NCBI RefSeq assembly: GCF_036971445.1
Contig: NC_091471.1
Coordinates: 355,012,001-355,076,000 of the forward strand
Reading direction: 5' to 3'
Origin: Narcine bancroftii
Taxonomy: Eukaryota
DNA length: 64,000 bases
Shown one piece after another: positions 58,460 through 64,000 of the stretch. The position numbers and the translations under genes were made by a program. Position 1 is the first letter of the stretch. Every line of letters begins with the position of its first letter. The notes under the pieces are model-generated. The model saw only the letters and a program-made list of their open reading frames with translations. It made no database searches and was not told the DNA's origin.

Positions 58460-59943
58460 GTACGGAGGTGTGCGACTTGGCTTAAGCACATGTAATGGTG
58501 ACAGTCGGCAGTCCCAGGGTGGACTCTGTGGTTCCCAGAATTGTTAAACTGGAGTCTTGTCAGGTGGTGGAAGGATCCAATGGCATTTATGAGAAAGGGC
58601 AGAGAGTTCTCTCTGTGTCCAATCAAGGAAAGAAACTACCCCCACCCACCCACCTTCCCTGTCTCTCAAGTCCTTCCAGGATGTCCCAAATTGCTTTGCA
58701 GATTCTGCAAGACATGACAATGTGAACACAGGCATTTGAGAAAGTAAGTTTACATTGAGCAAGATCCCACAAAATATAAACACCATACTTAACAAAACTT
58801 TGCTATGTATAAACTTGTAGGTGCCTTTCCCAAATGCTAGTGATTAGATTGTCAAGTCCTGCAGAGTCTGTCAAGTCCTTTGGAACATCATGAAATTACT
58901 GGGGTGATGGGTTTTCTTTCAGTGTGCAGGTCCTAGATGAATTTATCCTGTCAGGATCACTCTACCTTCTCTGTCTCAATGGCTCAATCTGATGATGCTG
59001 TGTTGTACAACCTCCTAAACTATTTGTAAAGTATACCCATGCCCAACCTGATTCTTCTTCCCACCCCCCCACTTTGGCAGTATTTCTACCTGCCAGAGTC
59101 GGAACCTCTGAACCAGCTCCTGCTTTGCTTCCATAATGCAAAATGGATGGTGACTTTCGGATGGTGTTTGGTAAAGTCCCACGAGAGAGGCTGGTTTCTC
59201 CAACTGGCCCATAATAATGTGTGAGAAATTGTCTTCAAGGTGAAGATCGTGATAAATAGTAGTCCCTAGGGATTGGTGCTGGGGCCACTTTATGCCAGTG
59301 ATATTTACTAATGCAGATGTTGCTGCATAGTATAAAATGTTCATTTGACATAATCCTTGCAAGTGCTGTAGACAGTGCTGTGTTGAAATTACTTTCCTCC
59401 TGTCTGGTAGAGTAGGTTAACAAGTAGCAGAGTTAAATGAAAAGAATTTTGAATGGTGGTCTTGTGCAAAGATCGGGAAACAGTGTAGAATTGAGTGGTG
59501 TGGATCTAAAAGTACCTGGGTGGAAGTATACATTAGCCCTTAAACAGCAGAGAGTACAAGAAAGTTGTTGGGAGATGGTATAGGTTCCTGACTATAAGCA
59601 TCAATTACCAACACGAGGACCTGTGTAAAATGCCACACCTAAAGCACTAAAGTCTAGTTGACCACACTTGAGGAAGCACGAGAAGGGACAAGAATGGTGC
59701 AGAGAAGATGAGGGATTTCACACCAGGGTTGGATTAGAGAAATTGGGCTGTTTCTCTGTGGTCAAAGAAAATGGAAAGATTTGATGAAGGTGGACACAAT
59801 GTCTGGTATAGAGGAGGGCGTTTGAGGGCAGTTGGATATTTAAGGAATGTGGGCCACCAAAGATCCAGGTTGGATGTGAAAGGTGTTTGTGATGCTGTCA
59901 TACTTTCCGGTTCTACATTAAGAGTTCATTGATTGTGTTGCAG

Positions 59944-60110
59944 AGAGGAGAGATTCTGACGAGGTGAGGAAAAGCAGCCGCAAGTCGAGTCAGGCCGAAA
60001 GAGAGTGTGCAGCGCCCCGTGCAGACTCCATGGAGGTGGTACCCACTAAAAGCGAGGTCAATGGGAGAGATGAAGACCTAAAATCTGAAGGTGACACTCA
60101 GTCCAATTAA
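59944..60110 (+). CDS. LUC7L3: LUC7L3 coding exon 10 (to stop)
   Basis: TTGCAG|ERRDSDEVRKSS...EVNGRDEDLKSEGDTQSN*, the characteristic LUC7L3 C-terminus. The ten exons total 1314 nt = 437 aa plus stop. Confidence 0.94.
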
Positions 60111-60112
60111 AA

Positions 60113-60137
60113 CTGATCTGATTTGACCTCAGATCAG
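60113..60137 (+). other. Perfect 9-bp RNA stem-loop immediately after the LUC7L3 stop codon
   Basis: CTGATCTGA-TTTGACC-TCAGATCAG, followed by AAG|GTAAGT at 60141-60149. Confidence 0.7.
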
Positions 60138-61611
60138 GCCAAGGTAAGTGTGGCTTTTGTGTCTTGGTTAGTTTGCAGTTTCTTTTTGTTTGCTTTTAGC
60201 AGTGCAGTGTAAGTATTCCGACAGAAGATGGAGACTCTAACCAGCAAAAAAATCCTGAAGGTATACAGTACTATGTAAAACATCGAGCGACGAGGACAGA
60301 CTAGTCTTGGCAGAGTAAAAGGCAAAACATGCGTGTTGGAGACTCTAGGTACTTACTTTACCTCCTGCCTATTGTATCTTAACGTGCTGAAAACTGAGCC
60401 CCATTTGTGTCCTACTGTGGATCCTGGGGAATGACAATAAATGAGTTATGTTTTTAAGCTAAGCATTTTATAAAATCTGTCGGATTCGGGGAATTGGTTG
60501 GACTGTGCGGGGTTGGTTACTGTGAAGTGTAATAAGTTTAGTGTTCATAAACTTTTGGCAGGGAATAAGTGTTTTTTATTTTGCTGTTTCTATAACTGCA
60601 TCTAAGGCGTATTTGAAAGATTTTTTTTTAGTTTTAACCAATCTGTTAATGTCACGGTTGTTGCAGTAGATTTTTTGTTTTTTTTTGCTTTTTTTAAAAA
60701 ATCTGCCTTGCACTCTAATGGAGTCTTTCTGTAACTCGAGCCAGTAGCTTGGATTGATGGAAGTGTAGGGTTTATGAATAAGTGAACCTGAGAACCATAT
60801 CTCACTGCGCTGGTCTTGTGAGCAAGGAATCAGTGAATGAATTGCAGGTACACTCGCCAGGTACACACCTTTCTCTACCCACCTCCATGTTTGAATGTTT
60901 TTGCCTGTTGTCTTTTCAAATGAAATCTTTTAAAGCTTGCTATTTTGTATTATATTTGCTGATCATGTTAATGCAGGATTTAAATATCCATTTCCTATCA
61001 CCATAATGTTTTGAATTTTGTGGAATTGTTTGTGCAGATATGTTACAGAATTCTCTTCAAATTGCAGGGGGAATGAAGGGAGTTTTCAAGAATTAACTTT
61101 ACTTTTCACATAATTTTTTTTAAAAAGCATATGAAAAGTTGTAGCAGCCTTCTGTGTCCGAGCATTACAGGTCCTAGCACAGAGGTACGAATTCCGTATT
61201 CTATGCCGTTCCCGCCTCCCTTGCCCGCCCATCCCATGTTGAGTGAGCTCTTCATCTGGTGATGCCCTGCCACAGCTGATGAAATTGTTTATCTTAAATA
61301 TTAAATCTAAAAGTCTGAGTAACAGTTGCTTTGGTTACAGCTGGGTAAAAGAAACGTCAATATTAATTCTTTGCTTGTGACCAGCTTGTGGTGGGGAAGG
61401 ATGTTCTAAATCTGTACTAGGCCTTTGAGGTAATTGATAAAGCAGCAGCAGAGTTCCTGAAGTGTCTGTGCCACACTAACTTAATGATGGACCAGCCCCC
61501 AGTTCTGTGCTCATCAGTAACCCTGTTGCAAGCACCATTCCACCTTAATCTGGTGGAGCAAATCTACGTGCCATTCTTCTCCAGTACTAATCTCAACCCC
61601 CCCCCCCCTTG

Positions 61612-61906
61612 CTTCTGGTACATCCTCCCACTACTCAATGAGCTCATTCTCCTGCCCTTGCCCATCCTTGCTGGTAACCTTGATCTAGTCTTCAATTGGC
61701 CTCTTTAAAGAGGCACTTCTGGCACCAATTATGAACTGACCCTGCAATCTTCCCTCCTGTAGTATACGGATTTGCCTTCTGGTGCATCCTCCCATTACTC
61801 AGTGAGTTTATTCTGGCCTTACCCACTCTTGCTGGTAACCTAGCCTTCAACTACCCTTTAAAAGAAGCATTTCTGGTACCAGTTACGAACTGGCCCAGCA
61901 ACCTTC
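61612..61906. repeat. Diverged tandem duplication (period ~165 bp) downstream of the LUC7L3 stop
   Basis: CTTCTGGTACATCCTCCCACTACTCAATGAG...CTTGCTGGTAACCT...TTCTGGCACCAATTATGAACTG recurs at ~61776-61906. Confidence 0.75.
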
Positions 61907-64000
61907 TGCTCTTACCTGTAGTTTTATACAGATACACCTAGTCTGTCCTTTGGTTGTGTTTGGTCACGCGGCTCCCTTTTAAAATAGCTCTTTAGAAGCT
62001 GCCCAATTAGTAGGGGATTCAAACTCTGCACCCAATCAAAGGTCTCATCTTCATAAGGGGGTGGGGCAATGGAATCCAGCTGTCTCTACCATTCCCACAG
62101 CACTACGAAGGTGATGTTGATGGCAGGATTCTGTGCTGGGTCTCCTTTTTCCTTCCACTTGAGCCCCTCATTCATGTGTCATGAATAAATTGCTGATGAG
62201 GGTCTTGTATTTCTGTAGTGTTTTCCATGGTTACAGAGTGTCCAAGAGTACTTTGAAATGAAGTATTTTTGAAGGTTAGTTACTGCTGTAATGTACCAAA
62301 TTATAATTTGTATACATTGCCACTGGTGAGCAATGATGTTGACTGAGAGAGAAATATTTGTCTAGGTTGCTGGGAAAACTGTAGTATAAAGAGTAGCTGG
62401 GTCAGTTATTTAACAGCTCTCATCACCTCTGACAATCCCATAAGTGCCAGCTCGTGTCTGGGACAGGGTCTAATGCTGTAGCTGTCCGATTCACTGGGCA
62501 GTAGGTGCTGTTTATTCATCTCACCTCTGGTGTTAGTGACAGGTCTTAGATGCATCTCTCAAAATGAGAATTTGAAAAACCAGCCAGAGGAGAGCAGCTC
62601 CACATGCCTCCTCCCTGCAGCCTGTGACAGAGAATGGTAGCTCTGTTGGCAGCTCTGGTTTCCAGTACAGCGGCATTTGTGTTAGTCAGGGAATTCACCG
62701 AACTGCTGAATGGAGCTGTCTGCTGACTGAGAGGTACACACAGACCTCATCATTGCTGTTTATAATTCTTTATACTAATCCTTGACCTCATCACAAGTCT
62801 TTGCAACATTCCATTGTTAATGCCCAGGAAGATCCAATAATTCATGAAGATTCCTTGTTTTGTTGGCAGCATGTTTTTCAAACCATTTCCATAGTAATCT
62901 GGCAGGGTGAAAGTAACCAATAGTGAAGTTGGCTGGGGAGCTGGGTTGATATGAAGGGAATGGGTTGTGAGGCTATAGGAGAGGCTGCATGTGGAAGCTG
63001 GCCTAGGGTAATGGTGAAGGGCTTTTATGATTGGAGTTGGGGAGTGTGTTTCTGGGTGCTGCTGACTCAATGGCTGACTGCCGGCCTGTGCTGGCCTTGG
63101 TTCCTGAGCTGCCTTTGTGCACTTAGGACAGCATTTGGAAACTATAACCAAGGAAAATGTTGAGATGCTAATAAGGTAGTTGTGATTACACACTGTCATC
63201 TGCAGCCACACATGGGCTGCTTTCCAGTAAAGAATTAATATTGACATGTGGGAAAATGTGAAGTTACTGCCCTTTGACCCGTTTATGTTGTGTGATAAAT
63301 CAGTTACGACTCTATGCTATCTGTCATTACAGTTGGGAATTTATAGTAAATGACAAATGGATACTGTAGAGGTGGGCTGTTTACACTCTGAGAAAGGGTT
63401 TCCTTTTCTAGGTTAGACCTGTAGCCAGTCGTTAGCAGAAATGCCAGAAGACGAGCTCTGTAGGGCAGTAGGAAGTCTCCGAGAGGTACTTGCTTGCCTT
63501 TTGCCTTTTTTTAAAAAAAAAAATAACTGGTTGTCTTGAAGAGCTGATTTTTGTTTCCCGGGTTCTAATTGTATGCTGTTGGATCTTTCACTTTTGTAGG
63601 AGTGGCCATTGTGAAGACGTCAGGGAATCCAGTGAAGATTTGACTGTTCCGAAGGCTCTGCCCAGTTAAAACAAGGTGAAAGAAAGCTGTGTAGTGGTGT
63701 AGAGAGAGGGAGATGGGGAGAGAAATTGTAAATCTTGAGCAAAAAAAGATACAAAAGTCCAGAAATAAATTTGTATGTTTAGTTACCCTGAGGAGTTCCC
63801 TGTTTTTTTTTGTGCTTGAAACACATCACTGATAGTGAGCTGGAGTCGTTTTTAACCACAAATGTGTCAGGCTAAAATGATGCAGCCCAAACCATGTGAC
63901 CTGCATATGTACCCAAAGGTTTTCCTTGACGTTTAAGTTCGAAGCAAACTGCTCTCTGTAAATACCCAGGCAGGTCGAGTTGTATAGAGCTGTTTTGATT

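Overview
Eukaryotic (vertebrate) genomic DNA. The repeat content (HE1/V-SINE-like SINEs, abundant CR1, Rex1/Babar, fish-type L1) suggests a cartilaginous fish; this is an inference. Three spliced genes were reconstructed by hand from GT-AG boundaries and protein recognition: WFIKKN2 (minus strand, exon 1 plus the 5' part of exon 2, running off the window start), ANKRD40 (minus, 5 coding exons, 280 aa) and LUC7L3 (plus, 10 coding exons, 437 aa). ANKRD40 and LUC7L3 are head-to-head. The rest is mostly transposon-derived. There are four highlights. (1) A truncated class III (ERV-L/ERV-S-like) provirus (5'LTR, tRNA-Ser PBS, gag) is bracketed by a 194-bp host duplication instead of a 4-6 bp TSD. 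(2) A full-length 5.9-kb L1 with an open 1284-aa ORF2 lies in LUC7L3 intron 7, and a near-identical ORF1-only (HAL1-like) 2.35-kb sister has its own TSD. (3) A perfect hairpin and competing splice sites flank the LUC7L3 stop codon. (4) A 2.5-kb modular, strand-asymmetric GC minisatellite fills most of the WFIKKN2 intron. No prokaryotic systems, CRISPR arrays or RNA genes are supported. Family and orthology calls come from motif recognition, not database searches; boundaries of degraded repeats are approximate.
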